Program-made: the position numbers and the translations under genes
Notes under the pieces: generated by a model
The model's database searches: none
What the model saw: only the letters and a program-made list of their open reading frames with translations
What the model was told of the DNA's origin: nothing
NCBI GenBank assembly: GCA_963664815.2
Contig: CAXXHB010000003.1
Location: 1,568,001-1,632,000 of the forward strand
From: Spirochaetota bacterium
GTDB taxonomy: Bacteria; Spirochaetota; UBA4802; UBA5550
Length of the DNA stretch: 64,000 nt
Reading direction: 5' to 3'
Shown here: piece after piece, positions 1-8,894 of the stretch
How positions within the stretch are numbered: the stretch's first letter is position 1
Layout: each line of letters opens with the position of its first letter

Positions 1-2
1 AT

Positions 3-1100
3 TTTCTGAAAATTGTAGAAAAGTATATTGGACCATTTAATGTAAGAGCTAATGCTGACCAGGGAAGAGATGCGATAGTATCGAAAGAATTTCAGGCCGA
101 TGGAATCGGCTTGTGTCGTACAGAACATATGTTTTTCAATGAAAAAAGAATTATGAAATTCAGGGAAATGATTATTGCTGATGGTTCAAAAGAAAGAATT
201 AAAGTGTTGGATATATTGAGACCTATGCAAAGATCTGATTTTTATGATCTTTTTAAAACTATGGAAGGTAAACCGGTAACTATAAGGTTACTGGATGCTC
301 CATTGCATGAGTTCCTGCCGAGATCAGAAGATAGTATGAAAGAATTCGTTGAATATATGCAACAGAAGAAAAAGGATATTAAAGCAACAGAGATCGCAGC
401 CAGATGTGAAGAGCTTGAAGAGATGAATCCAATGCTCGGACACAGGGGATGTCGTGTTGCAGTAACATATCCTGAAATTTATGAGATGCAATGCAGAGCG
501 ATTTTTGAAGCTGCTTGTATGTTGAAAAAAGAAGGATTGGTGGTATCGCCAGAGATAATGATACCGATAGTTATGAGTGAACAGGAAATAAAATTTATTA
601 AGAATGGCAAAAAGATTGAAGGTATTGTTGTCAAAGGAATAAGAGATATTAAAGAAGAGGTATTGCAGGAATATGGAGTTGACGATCTGCATTACAGCGT
701 CGGAACAATGATAGAACTTCCTGCTGCTGCATTATCAGCAGGGTATATTGCAGAATATGCAGAGTTTTTCAGTTTTGGAACTAATGATTTAACTCAGACA
801 ACTTATGGACTTTCACGTGACGACTCAAACTCATTTTTCCCGGATTACTCACTTTTTGATTTAATGAAAAATAATCCGTTTAAAGTTCTTGGTGATCCTG
901 TAAAGGAACTAATCAGTATAGCTGCAATGAGAGGAAAACTTACCAGGCCTGATATTAAAATGGGCCTTTGCGGTGAACATGGGGCAAATCCGGATAATAT
1001 TGCTTTCTGTATTGAAGCAGGATTAAATTATGTATCATGTTCGCCTTTTGCAATACCATTGGCAAAACTGGGTATTGCTCAATATAATCTTAATAAATAA
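3..1100 (+). CDS. ppdK: pyruvate phosphate dikinase, C-terminal part (5' truncated by window edge)
   Basis: Frame open from position 3 (VRANAD...GIGLCRTEHMFF). PEP-utilising enzyme motifs TIRLLDAPLHEFLP, NPMLGHRGCR, GTMIELP, FSFGTNDLTQ and GLCGEHG. Confidence 0.95.
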   Translation, partial: FLKIVEKYIGPFNVRANADQGRDAIVSKEFQADGIGLCRTEHMFFNEKRIMKFREMIIADGSKERIKVLDILRPMQRSDFYDLFKTMEGKPVTIRLLDAPLHEFLPRSEDSMKEFVEYMQQKKKDIKATEIAARCEELEEMNPMLGHRGCRVAVTYPEIYEMQCRAIFEAACMLKKEGLVVSPEIMIPIVMSEQEIKFIKNGKKIEGIVVKGIRDIKEEVLQEYGVDDLHYSVGTMIELPAAALSAGYIAEYAEFFSFGTNDLTQTTYGLSRDDSNSFFPDYSLFDLMKNNPFKVLGDPVKELISIAAMRGKLTRPDIKMGLCGEHGANPDNIAFCIEAGLNYVSCSPFAIPLAKLGIAQYNLNK

Positions 1101-1115
1101 AAAAATTATTAATTG

Positions 1116-1158
1116 TTTAGAATAAAAAAACGGCTGAATGCCGTTTTTTTATTCTAAA
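1116..1158. terminator. bidirectional intrinsic terminator between convergent ppdK and pgk
   Basis: Perfect 19-bp inverted repeat tttagaataaaaaaacggc-tgaat-gccgtttttttattctaaa, with T-runs on both strands. Confidence 0.9.
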
Positions 1159-1192
1159 TTTTACTGAAATATAACAAAAAGTGTATTTTAAA

Positions 1193-2377
1193 TTATTTAT
1201 CCAGTGCAGCGATTCCCGGAAGTATTTTACCTTCGAGAAGTTCAAGAAAGGCGCCTCCACCGGTTGAGATATAACTTATTTTATCAGTTACTCCTGCCTG
1301 ATTAATTGCCGTAACACTGTCTCCACCTCCGACAATACTTAAACAATCTGATTCAGCAAGTGTGTTGGCGATTTCATTTGTACCTGTGGCGAAATTTGAC
1401 ATTTCAAATGCTCCCATCGGTCCGTTCCAGACAATCGTTTTTGCTTTCTTTATTTTTTCTGAAAATAAAGAAATAGATTTAGGTCCAATATCAAGACCAA
1501 TTATATTATCAGGGATTTCATCGATTGAATATATTGATCTTGGTGAATCATTATCAAATTCTTCTGCGCCGACTATATCAACTGGAAGAAGTAATTCCAC
1601 ATTGTTTTCTCTGGCCTTTTTCAGTATTTCTCTCGCGGTATCGAGTAATTCATCTTCAAGAAGAGAATTTCCAATGGAATAACCTTTTGACTTAAGAAAT
1701 GTAAAAGCCATTCCACCGCCAATGATAAGAAAATCGACTTTGGATAAAATATTAAGTAAAACATCAATTTTGGAAGAAACTTTTGCGCCGCCAATTATTG
1801 CGCCGAACGGACTTTTTGCTGATTGAATTGTTTTCTGGCTGAATTCAATTTCATCTTTCAGTAAAAATCCGGCTGCTGTAACATCCATAAATTCGGTGAT
1901 TGCAAAATTTGAAGCATGTCCCCTGTGTGCTGCTGCAAAAGCATCGTTGATGTATATATCTGCATGTTTTGAAAGCAGTTCACCCAGAGATCTGTCGTTT
2001 TTTTCCTCTCCAGGATAAAAACGTATATTTTCAAATAATACAATGTCTCCAAAGTTTAAATCGTTGGTTATTTTTATTGTTTCTTCACCAAGCGGTATAT
2101 CAATGAAATTAACCGGCATGTTTAAAATCTTACTTAAACTGTCGGAAACAGGTTTTAAAGAAAGACTGGATTTTACCTGTCCCTTGGGACGTCCCAGGTG
2201 GGATATCAGTATTATTTTACAATTATTATTAAGGCAGTATTTGATAGTTGGTATAGTTGCAGTAATTCTTGTGTCGTCAGTGATTCTCATCTCCTTGTCA
2301 TAAGGTACATTATAATCAACACGAATCATAACACGTTTGTTTTTAAGATCTATCTGGTCTATATATTTTACTGTCAT
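1193..2377 (-). CDS. pgk: phosphoglycerate kinase
   Basis: RVDYNVP, SHLGRPKG, ENIRF, GGAKVSSK, WNGPMG, GGGDS and ISTGGGAFLE motifs; 394 aa. Confidence 0.98.
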   Translation of the reverse strand: MTVKYIDQIDLKNKRVMIRVDYNVPYDKEMRITDDTRITATIPTIKYCLNNNCKIILISHLGRPKGQVKSSLSLKPVSDSLSKILNMPVNFIDIPLGEETIKITNDLNFGDIVLFENIRFYPGEEKNDRSLGELLSKHADIYINDAFAAAHRGHASNFAITEFMDVTAAGFLLKDEIEFSQKTIQSAKSPFGAIIGGAKVSSKIDVLLNILSKVDFLIIGGGMAFTFLKSKGYSIGNSLLEDELLDTAREILKKARENNVELLLPVDIVGAEEFDNDSPRSIYSIDEIPDNIIGLDIGPKSISLFSEKIKKAKTIVWNGPMGAFEMSNFATGTNEIANTLAESDCLSIVGGGDSVTAINQAGVTDKISYISTGGGAFLELLEGKILPGIAALDK

Positions 2378-2393
2378 AAAACTTAATCCTCTT

Positions 2394-3398
2394 TTATGTA
2401 TTTCTTAATTTTAATTCTTTTCTTTTTTTCCTTACAAGAACGAATTTTGAAACAATAATTGAAATTTCATATAGAAACATAAGTGGAACTCCGACAAGAC
2501 TTTGCGATAAAAAATCTGGTCCGGGCGTAACTATTGCAGCTGTAATCCAGATGATGATTACAGCATATTTCCTTTTACTTATTAGAAATTGTGGTGTAAT
2601 TAAACCAATTTTAGTCAGTAATAGCACTAAAATTGGGAGCTCGGAAAGAAAACCCATTATGCAAGACATAAAAAATATAAAATGCAGATAATCATTAGCG
2701 TCAATAGTGCTAAGCATTGAAGTATCAATGAAACTTAACAGTACTTTAACCATTGATGGTAGAATTAGGAAAACAAAAATAACTCCGGCATAAAAAAGTG
2801 TAATAGATGAAATAATTATTGATCTTGAAACATATCGGGTAGGTTTTTCTATAGCTGGTGAAATAAACCTCCAAACATGAAATAAAATTAATGGTATAAG
2901 AATTATTAATGCAATTGCAGCTGCGACTTTCATCTTTATAATGAATCCACCGACTAATGTAAAAACATTAAGTTTATTTCCTGTTTGCTGAAACGGTTTA
3001 TTAATAAAAGTAATTAAGAAATCCGAAAAATAAAAAGCAACAGACGCCAGTATAAAAAATGATATAATTATTACAATTAAACGTGACCTGAGTTCATCAA
3101 GATGTTCTACAATGGTCATCGGCTCATCACCTCTTGCGAGTGCAGATGGATCTATTGGTTCGTTTTCTTCATTGGATGTAAGTTCTTTTATCTTGCTGAG
3201 TTGCTTTTTACCGTTTGTTTTAGTATTAATGGCAGGTTTATTATCGCCAGATTTTTTATTTGTAACGCTTTTTTCAGTTATTGAGCTTTTTTTTCCGATA
3301 CTTTTCTTGGTTTCAGGTTTTGAATTCTTTACCTGAGTATTTTTTTCAGAATTTACCTTTTTAATGTCAGAAACTTTTTTTTTATTATTATCAGTCAA
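2394..3398 (-). CDS. tatC: twin-arginine translocase subunit TatC with N-terminal Lys-rich extension
   Basis: MTIVEHLDELRSRL, WRFISPA, ELPI, AAIVTPGPD and PLMFLYEISI motifs with about 6 TM segments. TTG start preceded by ggag. Confidence 0.93.
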   Translation of the reverse strand: MTDNNKKKVSDIKKVNSEKNTQVKNSKPETKKSIGKKSSITEKSVTNKKSGDNKPAINTKTNGKKQLSKIKELTSNEENEPIDPSALARGDEPMTIVEHLDELRSRLIVIIISFFILASVAFYFSDFLITFINKPFQQTGNKLNVFTLVGGFIIKMKVAAAIALIILIPLILFHVWRFISPAIEKPTRYVSRSIIISSITLFYAGVIFVFLILPSMVKVLLSFIDTSMLSTIDANDYLHFIFFMSCIMGFLSELPILVLLLTKIGLITPQFLISKRKYAVIIIWITAAIVTPGPDFLSQSLVGVPLMFLYEISIIVSKFVLVRKKRKELKLRNT

Positions 3399-3410
3399 AA
3401 TGATCTCCGG

Positions 3411-4124
3411 TTAATAGTCTTCTGTACTTACTATTTTTTCATTTTCATCAAAAATTTTCCATTTACCGGTTTTTAAATCATTTTTGTAATATCCTTCAGA
3501 TGTTCTTTTTCCAGTTTTATCATAATATTTCCAGAGTCCGTTTTTTATACCGCCTTTATATTCGCCAATTGAACATCTTTTACCATTCGGATAGTATAGA
3601 TTTTCTGTACCCTCTTTGTTGTCTTTTGAGTACATTGAGATCTCTTTAGGATTTCCATCAGGGTAATAAATTCTGAAAGTTCCGTCTTTTTTATTGTTTT
3701 TATAAATAATTTCCGAAAGTGGAACTCCTTCCTCGGAAAATTCATTAAAAGGACCGTTTAATTCGCCATTTTTAAAAGTCGCCTGGATTTTCTTTGCTTT
3801 ACCACCCGGGTAGTATGTAATCCAGAGTCCGTTTTTTTGATTAGCTTTGTACGGTCCCCTGGCAAGAAGATTTTTTTCATTCGAATCATATGAATAAATT
3901 TTCCAGTCACCCTCTTTCTGAGAATTCCTTACATTGCCTTCAGCTATGACTTCGTTGTTATCGTTGAGTAGTTTAAAATATCCATTTTTAACAGTTATTT
4001 CATAACCTTTGAGTTCGTCTTCTGCAATAATTGAAATGTCTGGAATATCATTATTTGAATATAAGGCTAGAGCATAATTCATTAGCAATATCATAATAAT
4101 GATAATTATTGATTTTTTCATCAA
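3411..4124 (-). CDS. MORN-variant repeat (YwqK-like) exported protein
   Basis: Signal peptide followed by repeated YKNxxKxGxWxxYYxxG units. Confidence 0.8.
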   Translation of the reverse strand: MMKKSIIIIIMILLMNYALALYSNNDIPDISIIAEDELKGYEITVKNGYFKLLNDNNEVIAEGNVRNSQKEGDWKIYSYDSNEKNLLARGPYKANQKNGLWITYYPGGKAKKIQATFKNGELNGPFNEFSEEGVPLSEIIYKNNKKDGTFRIYYPDGNPKEISMYSKDNKEGTENLYYPNGKRCSIGEYKGGIKNGLWKYYDKTGKRTSEGYYKNDLKTGKWKIFDENEKIVSTEDY

Positions 4125-4320
4125 CCATACCTTTTAAAAGTTATTTAATTCAGAAAAGTTTTATGTCTTCTTAGATTTTGTTTGTTTTTATAAACTTTAT
4201 ACCGATAATAAATCTGTATCAGGTTTATTTAAGGCAGTTATAAGCTTTAAAGTTATATAGTCAAATATTTTTTGAGTCAGATTTATAAGATAAAAAATTT
4301 ACATACCGAGGTATAATTCT

Positions 4321-5115
4321 ATGATGAGATCACTCTGGACTGCTGCATCTGGAATGGTGGGGCAACAGTTTAATATTGATACAATTTCCAATAATCTTTC
4401 GAATGTAAATACAACCGGTTTTAAAAAGCAGAGGGCGGAGTTTGAGGATCTGCTTTATCAGACAGTTTTATCTGCCGGGACACCGGCTACTGAAGTGACA
4501 GAAATACCTACCGGTATACAGGTTGGGCATGGAGTTAAGGTGGCTGCTACTCAAAAAATGTTTGAACAGGGCAGCCTTCAGTCAACAGAAAATAAACTTG
4601 ATATTGCTCTTGAAGGTGAAGGTTTTTTTAAGATACAGCTTTATGATGGATCAAGTGCATATACACGGGACGGTTCATTCAAAATAGATTCAAACAGGCA
4701 GGTAGTTACATCTAACGGGTATCTTCTTGAGCCTCCGGTTGTCCTGCCGGAAAGTTTCATTATGAACACATTAACTATCAGTCAGGATGGAAAAATTACT
4801 GTAAAAACCGTTGGTGAAGAGGATCCGATTGAAGTAGGTCAGCTGGAAATTTACAGATTTATAAATCCGGCCGGTTTAAGCAGCATAGGTGGGAACCTGT
4901 TTAAAACCAGTCCTGCTTCCGGTGATGAGATTCCGGGACAACCAGGTATTGAGGGAATGGCTAAAACACATCAGGGATTCCTTGAAATGTCCAATGTTAA
5001 GGTTGTTGAAGAGATGGTCAATATGATAGTTGCACAGAGAGCTTATGAAATTAACTCAAAAGCTATTCAGACTTCGGATTCTATGCTTAGTACAGCGATA
5101 GGACTTAAGCGATAA
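4321..5115 (+). CDS. flgG: flagellar basal-body rod protein FlgG
   Basis: MRSLWTAASGM, ISNNLSNVNTTGFK, YTRDGSF and LEMSNVKVVEEMVNMIVAQRAYE motifs. Confidence 0.97.
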   Translation: MMRSLWTAASGMVGQQFNIDTISNNLSNVNTTGFKKQRAEFEDLLYQTVLSAGTPATEVTEIPTGIQVGHGVKVAATQKMFEQGSLQSTENKLDIALEGEGFFKIQLYDGSSAYTRDGSFKIDSNRQVVTSNGYLLEPPVVLPESFIMNTLTISQDGKITVKTVGEEDPIEVGQLEIYRFINPAGLSSIGGNLFKTSPASGDEIPGQPGIEGMAKTHQGFLEMSNVKVVEEMVNMIVAQRAYEINSKAIQTSDSMLSTAIGLKR

Positions 5116-5627
5116 TGAAATTTTTTAAAGTAGCAGCTATTCTGATCTTTTTACTGGGATTCTATATAAGCGGATTCACTTATACAAGGATTTATCTTTT
5201 TTCAGAAACTGAGACCGGTAAAGAGAATTTAGTATTATCCGATATCTGTAAAATGGAAGGAGATGGTATCGATAAAATAGCCGGAATTGTTATATCATCC
5301 GGACTCTATAAAGACGGAATTGTTGACAGTCAGGAATTATACGATTTACTTAGTAAAAGTCTGGGCAACAAATTATTAATTTTCGGGAGTGGAGTTAAGA
5401 TCAGAAAAATTAAAACCATGAACGGGCCTGAAGTAATGAAAACAATTCTGGTCGAAAAGGGCGAGATGGTTGATCTTTCAATAAAAAAAAATGGTATCGT
5501 TATAGAAATTAAAGGCAAAGCTTTAAGCAGCGGTTCAGAGAAAGATAAGATTGATTTCAGATTATCGACAGGAAAAGTTATAAAAGGTAAAATCATCTCA
5601 CTCAACAGGGCGGATATAGATTTATGA
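5115..5627 (+). CDS. flgA: FlgA-like P-ring formation chaperone (short)
   Basis: Lies between flgG and flgH. Signal peptide; C-terminal LVEKGEMV...IEIKGKALSSG...GKVIKGKI resembles the FlgA C-terminal domain. Confidence 0.7.
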   Translation: MKFFKVAAILIFLLGFYISGFTYTRIYLFSETETGKENLVLSDICKMEGDGIDKIAGIVISSGLYKDGIVDSQELYDLLSKSLGNKLLIFGSGVKIRKIKTMNGPEVMKTILVEKGEMVDLSIKKNGIVIEIKGKALSSGSEKDKIDFRLSTGKVIKGKIISLNRADIDL

Positions 5628-6253
5628 TAAAAGGTTTTCGAATATCCTTTTTATTTATTATAATTACTACATCTGTATGTGCTGCAACAATATGGAAGGA
5701 AAAAGATATCTATTCCACAGATAAAAATCTTCAGGTGGGAGATATTATAATAGTGAACGTAAGAGATTTTTCAAAATTAAAATTTGATATTGCTCTTAAT
5801 AATAATACTTCTTCAAATGTTGCTTCCAACCCGGATATGACAATAACAGGATTCCTGCCGAAAATATCTGCCAATAAAAATATTAAAAATAATGAATCAA
5901 CTAATTTTAATGGTAATTCAAAAATTGAAATTGCAATAGCCGCAAGAGTAACTGAAAAACAGAATAACGGTTTATCCGTTATCAATGGTAACAGGATATA
6001 CACATTTGATGGAGTAACAAATACAATTCAGATAGCAGGCATTATTGATCCTAAACTGTTGAATGCAGGCACAATTGATTCCGGGCATGTGGCGGATTTC
6101 ACAATTCAGATAACCGGAAGAAAGGATGGCCTCACTATAAGAAAAGCACAGGTTTCCGGAAGTGAACAGGCAGATACAAAACTTTCCGAGCAGGAAAAGC
6201 AGCAGATAGTAATAGATTATCTTGAAAAAATTATAAGGGAATTAACCAGGTAA
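5624..6253 (+). CDS. flgH: flagellar L-ring protein FlgH
   Basis: VGDIIIVNV and ARVTE...G.SVINGNR...IAGIIDP...IDSGHVAD motifs; operon position. Confidence 0.8.
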   Translation: MIKGFRISFLFIIITTSVCAATIWKEKDIYSTDKNLQVGDIIIVNVRDFSKLKFDIALNNNTSSNVASNPDMTITGFLPKISANKNIKNNESTNFNGNSKIEIAIAARVTEKQNNGLSVINGNRIYTFDGVTNTIQIAGIIDPKLLNAGTIDSGHVADFTIQITGRKDGLTIRKAQVSGSEQADTKLSEQEKQQIVIDYLEKIIRELTR

Positions 6254-6254
6254 A

Positions 6255-7265
6255 ATGAAAATTTATAAACTGACGTCTCTCATAATTTTTATATTTCTGT
6301 CAGTAAACCTCAATGCAGAGATACCTGTGAAAGTAAAAAATATCTGTTTTATTGACGGTTATAAAACCAACCAGGCATATGGTTATGGGCTTGTTGTAGG
6401 ACTTCAGGGGACTGGAGATTCAAAGTCAGGTTTAACTAAAAATTCATTGAAAAATCTTCTGGCGTCAATGGGACTGCAGGAGGAAAACCCCGTAATAAAG
6501 AATACAGCAGCAGTGATTATATCAGCAACTCTTCCTCCAAATTTAAGGGTCGGTGAAAAGATTGATGTAAACGTATCATCAGTCGGTGATGCGAAGTCTC
6601 TTGCAGGGGGTATTCTTGTCCAGTCATCTTTGAAAGGGGGAGATGGCCTGATTTATATAGCTGCGCAGGGGAAAATCTCATTTCCTTCGGGAGAGAATGC
6701 AAGAAGTACTGTTAAAACTGCCGGAATTATTGTCGGTGGAGGAGTTGTCGAGAAAGAGATAAAACCGGATTTTGTATTTAAAACATCGGATAACAAAGAT
6801 TTTATTTACCTTGTGCTGAACAACTGGGATTATTCAACAGCGGATAAGCTGATTAAAGCATTGAAAGTGAAACTTAAAACCAGTGAGATAACCCTTGCTG
6901 AAAATGGAAGGATAAGTATAACGATTGATAATGCGATTCCTTTATCAGAATTTATTTCGAGTATTGAGAATGTTGAAGTAGTGCCGGAGACAAGGGCTAC
7001 TATAGTAGTAAATGAAAAAGATGGAACTATTGTTACAGGTGGGAATGTTACAATTTCAGAGGCAATGGTCAGCAGGCGTGGGATGCTGGTTCAGATTGAA
7101 AAATCTGATAAAAAGCTGAGCGCTTCAGTTATTAAGGATTCTTCAACTGTTAAAGATCTGGTGGACAGCCTGAATGCGGTAGGCGCCAATACAGAAGACA
7201 TTATTTCAATACTTAAAGCCCTTAAAGATTCCGGGGCATTACACGCAGAGTTGATTATTAAGTGA
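6255..7265 (+). CDS. flgI: flagellar P-ring protein FlgI
   Basis: GYGLVVGLQGTGDS, KNTAAV, VSSVGDAKSLAGG, VVNEKDGTIVTG and ILKALKDSGALHAEL motifs. Confidence 0.95.
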   Translation: MKIYKLTSLIIFIFLSVNLNAEIPVKVKNICFIDGYKTNQAYGYGLVVGLQGTGDSKSGLTKNSLKNLLASMGLQEENPVIKNTAAVIISATLPPNLRVGEKIDVNVSSVGDAKSLAGGILVQSSLKGGDGLIYIAAQGKISFPSGENARSTVKTAGIIVGGGVVEKEIKPDFVFKTSDNKDFIYLVLNNWDYSTADKLIKALKVKLKTSEITLAENGRISITIDNAIPLSEFISSIENVEVVPETRATIVVNEKDGTIVTGGNVTISEAMVSRRGMLVQIEKSDKKLSASVIKDSSTVKDLVDSLNAVGANTEDIISILKALKDSGALHAELIIK

Positions 7266-7272
7266 GGTCGTT

Positions 7273-7650
7273 ATGAACGGAATTGAAGGTATAATCAGTA
7301 ATACGGTTTCTTCAAGAGTTAAACCGGCGGAGAATAGTCTTAACAGAATGAATTCCGGTGATAAATTTGAAACTGAGTTAAAATCGGCAGTTGCACAGAA
7401 TGATCCTGCCAAAATGGATAAAGAACATAAAAAACTCTGGAATACCTGTGTTGAAGCTGAGTCTCTGTTTGTAGGGAAAATGCTGAAAGAGATGAAAAAG
7501 ACAGTTCCGAAAGATGAATGGCTGCATGGAGGACAGGCTGAAGACATTTTTGAAGATATGCTTTATGATGAGTACTCACTGCAGATGTCCAAGAATTGCA
7601 ATTTCGGAATGGCTAAACTTCTATATAATGAAATGAGCAAAAGAATTTAA
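7273..7650 (+). CDS. flgJ: rod-binding protein FlgJ (no muramidase domain)
   Basis: EAESLFVGKMLKEMKKTV...FEDMLYDEYS...FGMAKLLY; follows flgI. Confidence 0.85.
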   Translation: MNGIEGIISNTVSSRVKPAENSLNRMNSGDKFETELKSAVAQNDPAKMDKEHKKLWNTCVEAESLFVGKMLKEMKKTVPKDEWLHGGQAEDIFEDMLYDEYSLQMSKNCNFGMAKLLYNEMSKRI

Positions 7651-7679
7651 TTGCTTTAAATAAATAATCCGGATATGAT

Positions 7680-7711
7680 AATCCCTCATGCGTAATGCAG
7701 AGGGATTTTTT
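7680..7711 (+). terminator. intrinsic terminator of the flg operon
   Basis: aatccctc...gagggatt hairpin followed by a T-run, 30 nt after the flgJ stop. Confidence 0.7.
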
Positions 7712-7774
7712 AATCTGCAGACAGTTAAGAATGCATGAATACTTTCGTAATTGAATATATTTGTATCAATGATA

Positions 7775-7823
7775 TTGACATTTTTATGGGCAATTATTAT
7801 TTTGCTTATAATGTAGCAGGAGG
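7775..7823 (+). promoter_or_regulatory. putative sigma70 promoter and RBS of the 7829 ORF
   Basis: ttgaca at 7775, AT-rich -10 candidates (tatttt at 17-nt spacing, tataat further downstream), and aggagg 5 nt before the ATG. Confidence 0.55.
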
Positions 7824-7828
7824 ATATT

Positions 7829-8050
7829 ATGATTAAAAAGGTAAAAGATTTAAGGGCAGGGATAAGGCTGAAAATCAGGAAGCCGCCAAAAGTCGAAATT
7901 CCGAAAAATGTCTATAACCGCAAGGTTAAACACAGAAGGGGTCTGGAAGATGAGAAATTCAGACCCCTTTTTTATCCCTCCGGTTTATCATTGCATCTAA
8001 ATAACCATATAAGAAACAGTATTACTGTTAATTCTGTTATAGCTGCCTGA
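7829..8050 (+). CDS. small basic protein, putative ArfA-like alternative ribosome-rescue factor
   Basis: Strong RBS. K/R-rich sequence with KNVYNRKVKHRRG, comparable to ArfA KGSYxRKGKH. Terminator lies upstream of the stop codon. Confidence 0.6.
   Translation: MIKKVKDLRAGIRLKIRKPPKVEIPKNVYNRKVKHRRGLEDEKFRPLFYPSGLSLHLNNHIRNSITVNSVIAA
7936..7973 (+). terminator. intrinsic terminator inside the 7829 ORF
   Basis: ggggtctg(ga)...(tt)cagacccc stem followed by tttttt; the U-tract is on the + strand only. Confidence 0.75.
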
Positions 8051-8270
8051 ACTCCATTGCTTCAAAATGATTTTCAAGAATGGTTTTGGTTTTCACAATA
8101 AGATCTTCCTCTAATCGTATACATACCCCGCAGTCGGAACTGATTGATTTAGGAACCGGTATAATCTTAATAGGAATTTTTTCATTGATGAGGATCTTTT
8201 CAGCTTTCATAACATGGCTGACAGATGAAAAGATTATTACATAATATTTTTTTATAGTTTCATCGGTCAT
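8037..8270 (-). CDS. DUF3343 family protein (Se/S-carrier-like)
   Basis: FSSVSHVMKAEKIL...IIPVPKSISSDCG signature; next to yedF. Confidence 0.85.
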   Translation of the reverse strand: MTDETIKKYYVIIFSSVSHVMKAEKILINEKIPIKIIPVPKSISSDCGVCIRLEEDLIVKTKTILENHFEAMEFRQL

Positions 8271-8860
8271 GGGTTGATTATTCTTGATGCGCTGTTTAAA
8301 GTGTTCAGGATATCAAACATGTTGGAGATGGTACCTGTTTTTATCTTATCTGAGAGGTTGAAATAATTGACGCATGTTCCGCATATGGTTATTTCAACGC
8401 CTTTATTATTTAAGTCATGTATGTCGTCAGTAACCCCGGAACCATCCGCAGTGAGTTTAACTCCTGAATTATAGAATATAAGTCTGGAGGGGATCGGTTC
8501 AACAGATAACAGAGTATGCACAAATGCCTTCATTAAAATAGCGCCAAGTTCATCATCACCTTTACCCATTCTGTCAGATGAAAATACTACAACTGTTTCT
8601 CCAGTGCTGCATGAAGCGACAATATCATGACTGCTGCCTGATGCCTGGGGATTGACTTCTTTTAAAGTAATTGTGAAATAACCGCTGTAGGCAGCATCTT
8701 CATATGACCAGCCTGATGATGAAGCAAGACGTTTTAAATTTTCACGCGCTGTTTCATTATCTACAAGGACTTCAATAACATTAAACTCATTCATTTTGTT
8801 TTTTGTAAGTACAACCGGCTGCGGACACGCAAGACCTCTGGCGTCAATTTCGCACTTCAT
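8267..8860 (-). CDS. yedF: sulfurtransferase-like selenium metabolism protein YedF (TusA + DsrE domains)
   Basis: IDARGLACPQPVV (TusA CPxP), MGKGDDELG.ILMKAF, FYNSGVKL, CGTC and ISNMFDI motifs. Confidence 0.9.
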   Translation of the reverse strand: MKCEIDARGLACPQPVVLTKNKMNEFNVIEVLVDNETARENLKRLASSSGWSYEDAAYSGYFTITLKEVNPQASGSSHDIVASCSTGETVVVFSSDRMGKGDDELGAILMKAFVHTLLSVEPIPSRLIFYNSGVKLTADGSGVTDDIHDLNNKGVEITICGTCVNYFNLSDKIKTGTISNMFDILNTLNSASRIINP

Positions 8861-8894
8861 TTTTTTACCTCGGATTTATATTGTAAAAAAAAAC

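Noticed and set aside
3411-4124. YwqK-like protein as the antitoxin of a toxin-antitoxin pair
   Set aside because: No adjacent toxin gene. It has a signal peptide and sits upstream of tatC-pgk, so it is better treated as a generic MORN-variant repeat protein.
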